This document shows positions 1-8,160 of a stretch of 64,000 nt of DNA, piece by piece. The notes below the pieces were generated by a model that was not told the DNA's origin, did no database searches, and saw nothing but the letters and a program-made list of their open reading frames with translations. Every line of letters begins with the position of its first letter. Position 1 is the stretch's first letter. Origin of the DNA: Dehalococcoidia bacterium. Lineage in GTDB: Bacteria > Chloroflexota > Dehalococcoidia > Bin125. The stretch is from assembly GCA_965263065.1 (NCBI GenBank), contig CBDHGH010000003.1, forward strand, positions 1,727,153 to 1,791,152, written 5' to 3'. Both the position numbers and the translations under genes were made by a program.

Positions 1-275
1 GTGCCGGCGTGCCACGCCCCATGCCGCTCGGGCACGACGGTCGCCAGCCGCCCGTCGTGCCCGACGATGTAGTGAATTGACGGGTTGCGGTAGGTGGCCC
101 CGTCGGCGCCCTCGTAGCTGACCTGGCTGAGCCAGTTCAGCGCCGCGCCGAACTCGACGGCGGGTCTGCCCCGCGTGCGCTCGCCGCCGCGGGTGGAGTG
201 CAGCGTGACGCTCTGGATCGCGACGCCCAGCCGGTCGCGGTAGAAGTTGGCGCTCTCGCGCCTCACATCGGTCAT
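1..275 (-). CDS. N-acetylmuramoyl-L-alanine amidase (endolysin, amidase_2/PGRP-like), N-terminal part; continues past the left edge
   Basis: Manual translation from ATG at 275: MTDVRRESANFYRDRLGVAIQSVTLHSTRGGERTRGRP...SIHYIVGHDGRLATVVPERHGAWHAG. The HST-G, HY-V and AWHAG pattern is typical of amidase_2. Purine-rich RBS (GGGAAAGGG) upstream. Confidence 0.7.
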   Translation of the reverse strand, partial: MTDVRRESANFYRDRLGVAIQSVTLHSTRGGERTRGRPAVEFGAALNWLSQVSYEGADGATYRNPSIHYIVGHDGRLATVVPERHGAWHAG

Positions 276-342
276 CGGGACAGACCCTTTCCCTGTGCTC
301 AGACGGCCAGCGGTCGGACGGATCGCACGACGGCCAAGCCGG

Positions 343-594
343 CTACGCCGCCGGGCCGATGTCGCCCGGGGCCGGATGCTCGACGCCGAGGTCGTGCAGG
401 ACCTCCGGGCGGCCGTGGATGTCGCGCACCCCGACCATGACGATGCCGGCCACCGCGACCACGGTGATGCCGATCGCGCGCAGGTCCTCGGGCAGCGCGG
501 GCGCCGATGCGAGCGTCGAGATGCCGAGGGCGGCCAGGCCCACGAGCCGGCTGTTCCACTTGCCGATCGCGTTCTTGATGGGTACGGACTTCAT
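343..594 (-). CDS. holin-like small membrane protein
   Basis: 83-aa ORF with an ATGA overlap with the upstream gene. Two hydrophobic segments (LVGLAALGISTLASAPAL, AIGITVVAVAGIVMVGV). Sits directly before the amidase gene. Confidence 0.45.
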   Translation of the reverse strand: MKSVPIKNAIGKWNSRLVGLAALGISTLASAPALPEDLRAIGITVVAVAGIVMVGVRDIHGRPEVLHDLGVEHPAPGDIGPAA

Positions 595-935
595 GGGACG
601 GTGTTCCTTCCGGGGCCGGGCGCGACGCCCGGTCCATGCTGCGGCGCGATCCAGCGATCGGGCCGCGTGCGGTGCGGCGACGGCCGGGCGGCCGGCGTCC
701 GCGGGGTTTGGCTCTGCAGGCAGTCATCGAGGGCGCGTTCGGCGGCGGCGAGGCGCGCCTCCAGGTAGCGCAGCCACGGCCCCTGGCCGCGACTCCGGCC
801 CCGGCGCCCGACGCCCGGGCCGGCCGGCGTGCGGGGCCCGCGCCCCGGCAGGCCGAACAGCCGCATCCACTGGTAGAGCGCGGTGACGAGCCCCGCGATC
901 GCGGTGGCCAGGGCTGCGATGTTGGTGGGGTCCAT
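591..935 (-). CDS. small membrane protein of the lysis cassette (function unknown)
   Basis: 114 aa from ATG 935 with an AAAGGA RBS. N-terminal TM helix (IAALATAIAGLVTALYQWM) followed by a helical segment, WLRYLEARLAAAERALDD. Confidence 0.4.
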   Translation of the reverse strand: MDPTNIAALATAIAGLVTALYQWMRLFGLPGRGPRTPAGPGVGRRGRSRGQGPWLRYLEARLAAAERALDDCLQSQTPRTPAARPSPHRTRPDRWIAPQHGPGVAPGPGRNTVP

Positions 936-987
936 GGTCGGTGTCCTTTCGGGCGGCGCGTTGCGGCGCCGCGTGCGGTGGCGGGCT

Positions 988-2112
988 TCAGGCGAAGCGG
1001 GCGGGCGTGGTGCGCTCCGCGATGCGGCGTAGGGTGTCGGCGGCGTCGGGCGCGGGCGCGCCGAAGGCGCAATCGACGGTGATGGCCTCGCCCGTGTCGG
1101 CCCGCACGCGCACCGCCTCCACGCGACGGTCGAAGCGCAGCTCCAGGTCGGGCAGGTCGATGCTGACGCGGTCGCCCACCTGCCAGTCGCCGGGGTACGC
1201 GATGGGGCCGGCCGACGGCGCGACGGCCGCCACCCGCAGCGACTGCCCCGCCTGACGCGCCAGCTCGGCCAGGCCGGCGTCGCGGGCGGCCGCGCGGTCG
1301 CCCGCGTCACGGGCGTCCAGGCTCGACTCGCGGCGGCCGTGTCCGGCGATGGCGTCCGCGTCGGCCACCACCTCCACGACGCGGCCGGCGCCGCTGCCGG
1401 CGCCCAGCACGTAGACCGCGTTGCGACCCTGGGCGCCGCCCTCGCTGTACGACAGCGCCGCCGCCGTGCCCAGGTGGGGCGAGATGATGACCGGCGTGGC
1501 CGACGCCGCCGTGCGGTCGCGCGGGGCGCGCACGCCGAAGCGGATCGCGCCGTCCGGCCCCCGCGACGCCCCGAAGCCCACGTCGCCCAGCGCCGCGATG
1601 CGCTCGACCTCCCGCGCCAGGTTGCTGTAGCGGGCCCGCACGCTGACCGGCGGCCCCAGCGGCGGCCTGTTGGCTGACGCGAGCGTGGCCGCGACCGCGA
1701 TCGCCCGCGCCGGATCGGCGGGGCGCAGCAGGTGCGCGTCGATGTAGTGCCGGATCGCGGTTTCGGCCGGCACGCCGATCTGCTCGTCGTGCGACGCGCC
1801 CGCCGGCGGCACGATGACCCGCTGGTGCAGCCACCACGTCAGGTCGAGCCCGCGCAGCTCCCACGACGGCTCGCGCTCCGGCGCGTAGGCCAGTTCCCGG
1901 CTCTGGACGACGCCGCTGAAGTCGACCCGGCCGTCCAGCTCGATGTCGATGCCGTCGCCGCACTGCACCGACGCGCCCGCCTCCAGCGGCATCGACAGCC
2001 GGAAGCCGCCGCTCGCCGCGAAGCGATGCGTCCACTCCAGCTGCGAGAAGGGCAGCACGGCTTGCAGCGCGCCGCGGCGGTCGCGGTGGTAGAGCAGGGC
2101 GGTCTCCGGCAT
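988..2112 (-). CDS. phage tail protein (siphovirus Gp37-like by eye)
   Basis: 374-aa ORF at the distal end of the tail module. High GC3. Family name is from memory only and needs an HMM check. Confidence 0.5.
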   Translation of the reverse strand: MPETALLYHRDRRGALQAVLPFSQLEWTHRFAASGGFRLSMPLEAGASVQCGDGIDIELDGRVDFSGVVQSRELAYAPEREPSWELRGLDLTWWLHQRVIVPPAGASHDEQIGVPAETAIRHYIDAHLLRPADPARAIAVAATLASANRPPLGPPVSVRARYSNLAREVERIAALGDVGFGASRGPDGAIRFGVRAPRDRTAASATPVIISPHLGTAAALSYSEGGAQGRNAVYVLGAGSGAGRVVEVVADADAIAGHGRRESSLDARDAGDRAAARDAGLAELARQAGQSLRVAAVAPSAGPIAYPGDWQVGDRVSIDLPDLELRFDRRVEAVRVRADTGEAITVDCAFGAPAPDAADTLRRIAERTTPARFA

Positions 2113-2138
2113 CGTTGGGGCTCCCGTCGCCGCGGCCG

Positions 2139-2486
2139 TCAGGACCGGCCGCCGCGCACGGACTTGGCCAGCCAGCGCGCCATCTTGATCGCCTCGTCCG
2201 CCGTCGTGGCGTTCTCCGGCTTGGCGAGGATCGCGTCGACGTCCTTCTCCTCGGGGCTGCGCCGGTCGGGCGCCGGCGGGTCGACGCGGCGCTGCGCCTC
2301 GGGCGTGGTGCGCGGATCGGGCCCGGCGGCGTCGCGCAGCGTGAAGACGACGCTGCCCGCCGCCAGCCCCGCCGAGCGCTCGTAGCGCCGCGCCATCTGC
2401 TCGGCGCTCTGCTTGAACGTGCCTTGCGTCTCACGCGAGCCCGCGTGGTCGACCCCATCGACGGTCCAGGTGGCGATCTGCGCCAT
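2139..2486 (-). CDS. hypothetical phage protein
   Basis: 115-aa ORF co-directional with and tightly packed between tail genes. Confidence 0.45.
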   Translation of the reverse strand: MAQIATWTVDGVDHAGSRETQGTFKQSAEQMARRYERSAGLAAGSVVFTLRDAAGPDPRTTPEAQRRVDPPAPDRRSPEEKDVDAILAKPENATTADEAIKMARWLAKSVRGGRS

Positions 2487-2528
2487 GGCTCCCTCCTCTT
2501 CCGTTTCGCTTCGGACCCGCGGGCCCGC

Positions 2529-3506
2529 CTAGATGAGCTGCATGTAGAGCAGGAACGACCCCGCCAGGTGCTTCGACGGCGTGGGCTGCGACGCCGCCTG
2601 CGCGAACTGGCGCGCCACGACCCCGCCCTGGCCGTCGCTGACGACGAAGCCCATGAACAGGTGCTGGAATATGCGGTCGCCGGCGTCGTTGCCGGGGCCG
2701 CTCCACTGGTGGTAGCTCGCGCCCCCGCTCGGATCGACGATGCTGGTGGCGCCGCTGAAGTGCACGAAGTCCTTGTTCCAGCCGGCCTTGACGCCGTGCA
2801 TCTCGGTCGCGCCGGGCAGATTCCAGCCGAATTGCAGGTCGCCCGTGCGCGGCCCGACCCCCAGCGAGCCCGTGATCACGAAGTAGACGCTGTCGGGCTC
2901 GGCGATGAACGTCAGGTCGTCGTCGTCCTGCAGCGTGGTGCTCGACCGGACGCTCTCGTCCGACGTCTTGACGCGCTTCACGAAGCCGCCGGTGTCGCCG
3001 CTGTTGGCCGGCGCCGAGTAGGGCCGCAGGTCGGTGATCTGCGCCGGCCCGATCGTGCGCGCCCCCGCCGGCACGGCGATCCGCGCGATCGCCAGCTGGT
3101 AGTGCGCCTCCGTCTCGCTCAGCGCCGGGTCCGCGGGCGCGGCCGACGCCGCCCCCGGCACGACCAGCGCGCTCACCCGGCGCGTGTCGGGCGGCCCGCT
3201 CGACGTATTCATGTCGAGCACGACCAGGTCCTGCCGCGGCTGCGCGGGGTCGGCCGCCGGCACGACCAGCGTGCGCGGCAGCGTGCTGCGGTAGGCCCGC
3301 AGCTGCGTCAGCCCCACGAAGGCCCCGCCCGTGCCCAGCTCGACCGACATCGCCTGGGGCGCCGAGGCCCGCACGGCGAGCGCGTCGTCGATGCCCTGGA
3401 TGACGCCGCGCTCGCGGATGTAGCCCAGGTGCTTGGCGAACATCGCCGCGCTGACGGTGCGGTCGCCGTCGGCGAGCTCCTGGAAGGGGAAGGATTCTTC
3501 GGCCAT
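2529..3506 (-). CDS. phage minor tail / putative receptor-binding protein
   Basis: 325 aa. The N-terminus FPFQELADGDRTVSAAMFAKHLGYI resembles actinophage minor tail proteins. Positioned right after Dit. Confidence 0.5.
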   Translation of the reverse strand: MAEESFPFQELADGDRTVSAAMFAKHLGYIRERGVIQGIDDALAVRASAPQAMSVELGTGGAFVGLTQLRAYRSTLPRTLVVPAADPAQPRQDLVVLDMNTSSGPPDTRRVSALVVPGAASAAPADPALSETEAHYQLAIARIAVPAGARTIGPAQITDLRPYSAPANSGDTGGFVKRVKTSDESVRSSTTLQDDDDLTFIAEPDSVYFVITGSLGVGPRTGDLQFGWNLPGATEMHGVKAGWNKDFVHFSGATSIVDPSGGASYHQWSGPGNDAGDRIFQHLFMGFVVSDGQGGVVARQFAQAASQPTPSKHLAGSFLLYMQLI

Positions 3507-3592
3507 GCGCTGCTCCTTATCTCTTGTGGTCTCTCGTCCGCCCGCCCGGCCTCAATGGGCCGGTTCAGATCGCCTGCCTCAGATCGCCTGGC

Positions 3593-4508
3593 TCATATGG
3601 CCACGTGGCGCGGGAAGTACGCGTACTCGACGGTCGTCGCCCCCGCCGGGCTCTCCTGCGCGACGGTGATCGTGTTCTCGCCCGGCCCCAGCGCCCAGAA
3701 GCGCGAGCCGCTGCGCAGCGACCCCAGCACGTTGCTCTCGCCGCCCAGGTCGTCGATCAGGTGGGCGGCGGGCGCGTCGGCGGAGCCATCCGGCTTGCGC
3801 CCCGCAGCGCACCCGCAGGCTGATGCCCGGCGGCACGGTCAGCGCGAAGGCCAGCTGCCGCCCCGTCGCGCCGAGGCGGAACTGCGGATTGACGCTGGGG
3901 CCCGCCACACGCAGGACGGGGAAGCTGCGCACGCTGCCGGGGTTGCGCACCCGCGCCTGCGCGCTCGGCAGGTCGCTGCCGAAGCCGGCCGGGAAGCCCA
4001 GCTCCCCGGCGGCGCTGAAGCGCAGCGCCCCGGCCTGCCCGATGCGCAGCCGCCCGACCACGCCCGCCGGGTCGTACCAGAACGGGTCCGACGCCTCCAG
4101 GCTGATCGACTCCAGCGCTTGCGCCCCCCGCTGCCGGCCCGCCGCCCACGAGAGCCCCTGGCGCGGCAGCGCCCGCAGCGCCCGCACCCGCCCGTCGGCC
4201 AGCGTGGCCGTGAGGATGCCCGGCCGCGCGCGCAGGCCGCTGTCGCGCCAGGGCGCGAAGGCCGCCGCCAGCGTCGCGCGGTTGCGCTCGAAGGCCGCCA
4301 GGTCCGCGCCGCGGATCTGTAGGTGCAGCGTCACGATGCGCGGCTGCGCGGGCGCGTGCACTGCGAGACGCTCGTCGCGATCGGGCGTGCCGGCCGTGCG
4401 CAGGGTCGTGTCCGGCGCGCCGTGCCCCGCGACGCCCAGCAGCGTCCAGCGTGGGTCGCGGTCGATGCGCATCGCCGCGCCGCCGGCGGGGGTCCAGTCA
4501 AGCCGCAC
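3593..4508 (-). pseudogene. phage distal tail protein (Dit-like) with an apparent 1-nt frameshift near 3800-3803
   Basis: ORF 3579-4508 turns Arg-rich and nonsensical after ...TVPPGISLRV. An adjacent frame reads GRKPDGSADAPAAHLIDDLGGESNVLGSLRSGSRFWALGPGENTITVAQESPAGATTVEYAYFPRHVAI and stops at 3593. The frames switch at a C4/G4 run. Confidence 0.55.
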
Positions 4509-4527
4509 TTTCCGACTCCTAATCCAG

Positions 4528-4923
4528 CTAGTCCAGCGCCCCGGCGAGCTCGGCCCGTTGCCCCAGCTCGGCCAGCGCCATCTCGATCCCGGCTTGAATC
4601 GCCCTCGGGTGCTCCCGATCGACGGTGACGTGCAGCGTCCCGATCAGGGGCTGCGCCGCGCCCGCCGCGGGGCCGAGCCCCGGGGCGCCGCCCAGGCGGC
4701 CGGCAGCGGCCATGCCCGGTCGGCCCGGCGCCGCGAGCGCCTCCTCGATGCGGCGGGCGGCCGTCGCGACCGGCGTCGCGCCCGGCCCCCCGGCCGACGC
4801 CCGATCGATCCGCGCCAGCGACTCCCGGATGCGGCGTTCCGCCGCCTCGAGGCCCGCCCGCGGCGACGCGTCGTCGTCGCCCAGCGTCAGCACGCGATCC
4901 GCGATCTCCATTGCACCCTCCAC
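4528..4923 (-). CDS. candidate tape measure protein, unusually short (131 aa)
   Basis: The only ORF between the G/GT chaperone and Dit. GTG start with an AGGAG RBS 7 nt upstream. Ala/Gly-rich helical sequence. Confidence 0.4.
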   Translation of the reverse strand: MEGAMEIADRVLTLGDDDASPRAGLEAAERRIRESLARIDRASAGGPGATPVATAARRIEEALAAPGRPGMAAAGRLGGAPGLGPAAGAAQPLIGTLHVTVDREHPRAIQAGIEMALAELGQRAELAGALD

Positions 4924-4932
4924 TGCGATCTC

Positions 4933-5582
4933 CTACGTGTTGCCGCCGGTCCCGACCGCCGGCGCCCGGCGCACGGCCATGCCCTCGATGTCGTCGCCCG
5001 TGGCGTCCGCGCCGCCGCCGCCGGCCCGCGCCAGCCGTCGCAGCGTGCGCCGCTGCTCGGGCCGGCTCTGCCAGGGGAAGGCCGCGGCCTCGATGCGGGC
5101 CAGCTGATCGGCCGCCTCCAGCGGCGCCAGCGCCGCGACGTAGGCCGCCCACTCCGCTACGGGCATGGCGAGCTGCGCTCGCAGTCCGACGCCGAAGCGC
5201 GCCGCGACTTGCGCCGCCGCGAAGAAGCCCGCGCCGGCGTCGAGAAAGGGACGGGGTCGCCTGCCGGCGTCCTCAGCCGCACGACGGCTTCCATCAGGTG
5301 CCCGCTGTAGAACCCCATCAGGGTGAGCGCCTGCCTCGGGCCCAGCGCGACGGGCAGCTCGGGCGCGATGATTGCCACGATCTGCCGCACCACGGCGTCG
5401 CGTCGCGCGACGGCGCCGCGCTTCCTTTCCAACCGTGAGAACAGAGCGCCCAGATCGAAGGCTTCGCCCACGGCCAGCGCCTCCGGCGATCGCAGCGGGT
5501 ACTCCACCCCGTCGAGGCGCAGCGCCAAGTCAGGCAGGCGTCCCCGGTCGAGGTCGAGCAGGCTGGTGAATGGATCGGACAT
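4933..5582 (-). CDS. tail assembly chaperone G-T fusion via -1 programmed frameshift (~216 aa)
   Basis: The -1 frame is open from the slippery site to the stop at 4933 and reads protein-like: PFLDAGAGFFAAAQVAARFGVGLRAQLAMPVAEWAAYVAALAPLEAADQLARIEAAAFPWQ. Confidence 0.55.
5157..5582 (-). CDS. tail assembly chaperone (G-like, 0-frame product)
   Basis: 141 aa from ATG 5582 (MSDPFTSLLDLDRGRLPDLALRLDGVEYPL...). Located between the major tail protein and the TMP candidate. Confidence 0.55.
   Translation of the reverse strand: MSDPFTSLLDLDRGRLPDLALRLDGVEYPLRSPEALAVGEAFDLGALFSRLERKRGAVARRDAVVRQIVAIIAPELPVALGPRQALTLMGFYSGHLMEAVVRLRTPAGDPVPFSTPARASSRRRKSRRASASDCERSSPCP
5244..5250 (-). promoter_or_regulatory. 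-1 ribosomal frameshift slippery heptamer C CCT TTC
   Basis: Minus-strand CCCTTTC with 0-frame codons CCT (5249-5247) and TTC (5246-5244). This is the X XXY YYZ pattern, and frame arithmetic confirms a -1 link to the ORF ending at 4933. Confidence 0.6.
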
Positions 5583-5670
5583 CGTTGACTTCTCTCTTTC
5601 TGTGTGGCTTCTCTGTGCGTCTTCCCTGGGTTGCTTTGCTGGGCATCCGCCGCGGACGAGGCCGCGCCGG

Positions 5671-6225
5671 TTACGTCTCATAGACCGTGACCCCGAATCG
5701 CTCGGCCGGGCTCGCCGCTTCCTCGTCGACCAGGGCGCGGAACTCGACGGGGGCCAGCGTTTGCGCGTCCTTCTTGTGCGCCATGCCCAGCTCGCCGGCG
5801 AAGTAGCCGCGCGGGATGTACGTCTGCCCGCGCTTGCCGGGCCCCTCCGGCGAGCCCGCGCGGAAGAGCAGCGCCTGCTTCGCGACGGCCGCCCCGCGGT
5901 AGGCGCCCAGCGTCTCCGTGGACGGCGGACCCGCGTCGCGCGACGGCGCGGCGCCCGCCAGCACCGCGCCGAGGCGCGTCAGCGTCGGCTCCGCCAGCGA
6001 CGCCCGCACCCGCAGCGACTCCGCCGTGCGGGTCACGTCCACCGGCCCCGTCTCGTCGTCGACGAACAGCTCCTCGAGCGTCTGCTCGCGCTGCACGCTG
6101 ACGCCGCCGTCGATCGCGCCCAGGTCCGACCAGCCGGCCGCCGTGGGGTCGGCGCCGATGGCGGGCATCGCCGTGCCCGCGTCGTGGAGGTAGAGCCGGC
6201 CCGAGCCGACCAGGAGCTTCACCAT
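5671..6225 (-). CDS. phage major tail protein
   Basis: 184 aa from ATG 6225 (MVKLLVGSGRLYLHDAGTAMPAIGADPTAAGWSDLGAIDGGVSV...). Positioned between the tail terminator and the chaperones. Confidence 0.6.
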   Translation of the reverse strand: MVKLLVGSGRLYLHDAGTAMPAIGADPTAAGWSDLGAIDGGVSVQREQTLEELFVDDETGPVDVTRTAESLRVRASLAEPTLTRLGAVLAGAAPSRDAGPPSTETLGAYRGAAVAKQALLFRAGSPEGPGKRGQTYIPRGYFAGELGMAHKKDAQTLAPVEFRALVDEEAASPAERFGVTVYET

Positions 6226-6235
6226 GGGACTTGCC

Positions 6236-6700
6236 TCACTTGTTGTTCGCGCCGTCGGCCATGTCGGCGGCGGTGTCGGCAGTGTTGTCGGCAGTAGCGA
6301 CGCGCAACGTCGCGCGCACGAACGCCTCGCCGGTGTCGGCGTCGCGCAGCAGCGACGGCCCGCCCAGCTCGACGGCCCAGAGCAGGTGCGCCCCGGCGAC
6401 ATCAAGGCCGCCCACGTTGATGGCCCTGTGCAGGGCGGCCCACAGCGTCGCCGCGCGATGCGGGCCGCCCTGCCCCGGGCCGCCCCAGCAGCGCAGCTCG
6501 ACATCGACGTCGCTGATCGGCAGGTCGGGGTGGGCCCGGCCGCCGCTCAGCCGCGCGCTGATCGACGCCCCCAGCGGCGCCGCCGGCTGCCCGCCGCGCG
6601 GCCCCGGCGGCCGATCGCCGCCGAAGACGCGGCCCGACGTCAGCCGCGCGATCTCGGCGTCGGCGCCCAGGTGGGCCAGCAGCGTCGCCAGTGGATCCAC
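6236..6700 (-). CDS. tail terminator / tail completion protein (DUF3168-like)
   Basis: 154 aa. MDPLATLLAHLGADAEIARLTSGRVFGG... resembles the DUF3168 family. Synteny supports the call. Confidence 0.55.
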   Translation of the reverse strand: MDPLATLLAHLGADAEIARLTSGRVFGGDRPPGPRGGQPAAPLGASISARLSGGRAHPDLPISDVDVELRCWGGPGQGGPHRAATLWAALHRAINVGGLDVAGAHLLWAVELGGPSLLRDADTGEAFVRATLRVATADNTADTAADMADGANNK

Positions 6701-6702
6701 GG

Positions 6703-7032
6703 CTATCCCTCCAGTTCCGCGAGGCGCAGCAGCCGCGCCCGGCGATAGCCCACGCGCACGCGCCCCGTCGGGGCGGACACGCTCTCGACCGCGAACGGCC
6801 CCGCGTCGATGACCGTGCCGTCGGCCTGGCGGATGTCGCTGACGCGGTCGCGCCCGTCCAGCGCGGTCTCCCGCCCGACGAGCAGGCTCGGCGCCTCGGG
6901 CCGGCGCGCGCTGAACCGGCAGCGCACGTCGCCGGCGGCGACGGCGTAGCCCGTCGCCACGGGCTGCCCGTAGGCGTCGGTCCGCGTCCCGCTGGGGCGC
7001 GAGATCGTGCAGCGATGCGGCAGCGCGTGCAT
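6703..7032 (-). CDS. head-tail adaptor / head closure protein
   Basis: 109 aa. HRCTISRPSGTRTDAYGQPV...VRCRF pattern typical of HK97 gp10/SPP1 gp16-like head closure proteins. Synteny supports the call. Confidence 0.55.
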   Translation of the reverse strand: MHALPHRCTISRPSGTRTDAYGQPVATGYAVAAGDVRCRFSARRPEAPSLLVGRETALDGRDRVSDIRQADGTVIDAGPFAVESVSAPTGRVRVGYRRARLLRLAELEG

Positions 7033-7048
7033 GTCCGTCGCTTCTCCT

Positions 7049-7606
7049 CTATTCCAACGTCAGGAAGGGGCGCGCCTCGGCCAGCAGCGCCTCGCGGTGC
7101 GATTCGTAGTCGAGGCTCTCGTAGCGGTAGTCCTCGCCCACCGACTCCGACGCGCGCCCGCTCTGCGCCAGGTCCAGGCGCACCAGCTCCAGCAGCACCC
7201 GCCGGCGCTGCGCCTCGTCGTCGACGGGGTCGTAGCGGACCTCGACGACGGCCGCGAAGCGCGGCCCGCGGTCGGCGCCCAGCGGCGCGCCGCCGAAGTC
7301 GGCGCCCGGCGTCAGCCGTTCGATGCGGCCCTCCTGCGGCCAGACGCGGTAGTCGGTGTCCTGGCGCAGGCCCGGCGTGCCCGGCTCGATGCGTGACCCC
7401 TCGCGCACCTGCGTCACCCGCTCGATGGGGCGGCGCAGGAACACCGAGGGCCAGCCGCCGGCCAGCGTCTCGACGATCGGGCCGTGGTGCGGGCCGGCGC
7501 GCTGCGTCAGCTCCGCGTCCAGGCGGTCGATCACGGTCTGCAAGCCGGCGTCGTCGAGGCCGGTCTCGACGTGCTGGCGGATGTCGGCGGCGGTCAGTAG
7601 GGACAT
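7049..7606 (-). CDS. head-tail connector (gp6-like)
   Basis: 185 aa. N-terminus LLTAADIRQHVETGLDDAGLQTVIDRLDAEL is typical of gp6-like connectors. Synteny supports the call. Confidence 0.5.
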   Translation of the reverse strand: MSLLTAADIRQHVETGLDDAGLQTVIDRLDAELTQRAGPHHGPIVETLAGGWPSVFLRRPIERVTQVREGSRIEPGTPGLRQDTDYRVWPQEGRIERLTPGADFGGAPLGADRGPRFAAVVEVRYDPVDDEAQRRRVLLELVRLDLAQSGRASESVGEDYRYESLDYESHREALLAEARPFLTLE

Positions 7607-7635
7607 TGGCGAGGCTCCCGCCCGTTCCTATGGCG

Positions 7636-8049
7636 CTAGTTGTTGCTCTGGGGCCGACTGCCGGCGCCGGCGCGCACCATCACGGCGCCGTAGTCGACGT
7701 TGCCGGACGCGGTCGTCACCCGCAGGCGCACGTGCGTGAAGCCGCCGGTGATGTCGAGCGCCGAGGCGCGCACCGGGAGCGTCACGATCTCGTCGCCGGC
7801 GCCGTCCGCCTGCTTGCGCTGCGCGATCGCGCTGCCCGCCACGTCCTTCGAGCCCGTGCCGGCGGCGGTCTTGGCCTGCTGCAGCTTGGCGTCGAGCTTG
7901 GCGTTGTTCGCCATCGCGCCGATCATCAGGATGGCGGCCGCCTCGCCGAAGTCGGCCAGCGATACCCAGCCGCCGCTGACCGAGCCGGGCGTGTAGGCGT
8001 CCGGGTCGATCTGCCCGTCGTCGTACTGGAGCGATTCCTGGAGCGTCAT
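7636..8049 (-). CDS. capsid-associated hypothetical protein (decoration-like?)
   Basis: 137-aa ORF immediately downstream of the major capsid gene. Confidence 0.45.
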   Translation of the reverse strand: MTLQESLQYDDGQIDPDAYTPGSVSGGWVSLADFGEAAAILMIGAMANNAKLDAKLQQAKTAAGTGSKDVAGSAIAQRKQADGAGDEIVTLPVRASALDITGGFTHVRLRVTTASGNVDYGAVMVRAGAGSRPQSNN

Positions 8050-8065
8050 TGGGGGTCCTTTCCCC

Positions 8066-8119
8066 GCCCCCGCCCGCGCGGGCGGGGGCCGTCGTGGCGC
8101 CGCGCGGTGGCGGCGCGGC
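8066..8119 (-). terminator. two GC-rich hairpins downstream of the major capsid gene
   Basis: Perfect 24-nt palindrome GCCCCCGCCCGCGCGGGCGGGGGC (8066-8089) plus a 7-bp stem at 8099-8119. No clear U-tract. Confidence 0.3.
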
Positions 8120-8160
8120 TGTGCCGGTGTTGCAGTGCTGGTCTCGCTGGGGCGCCGTCG

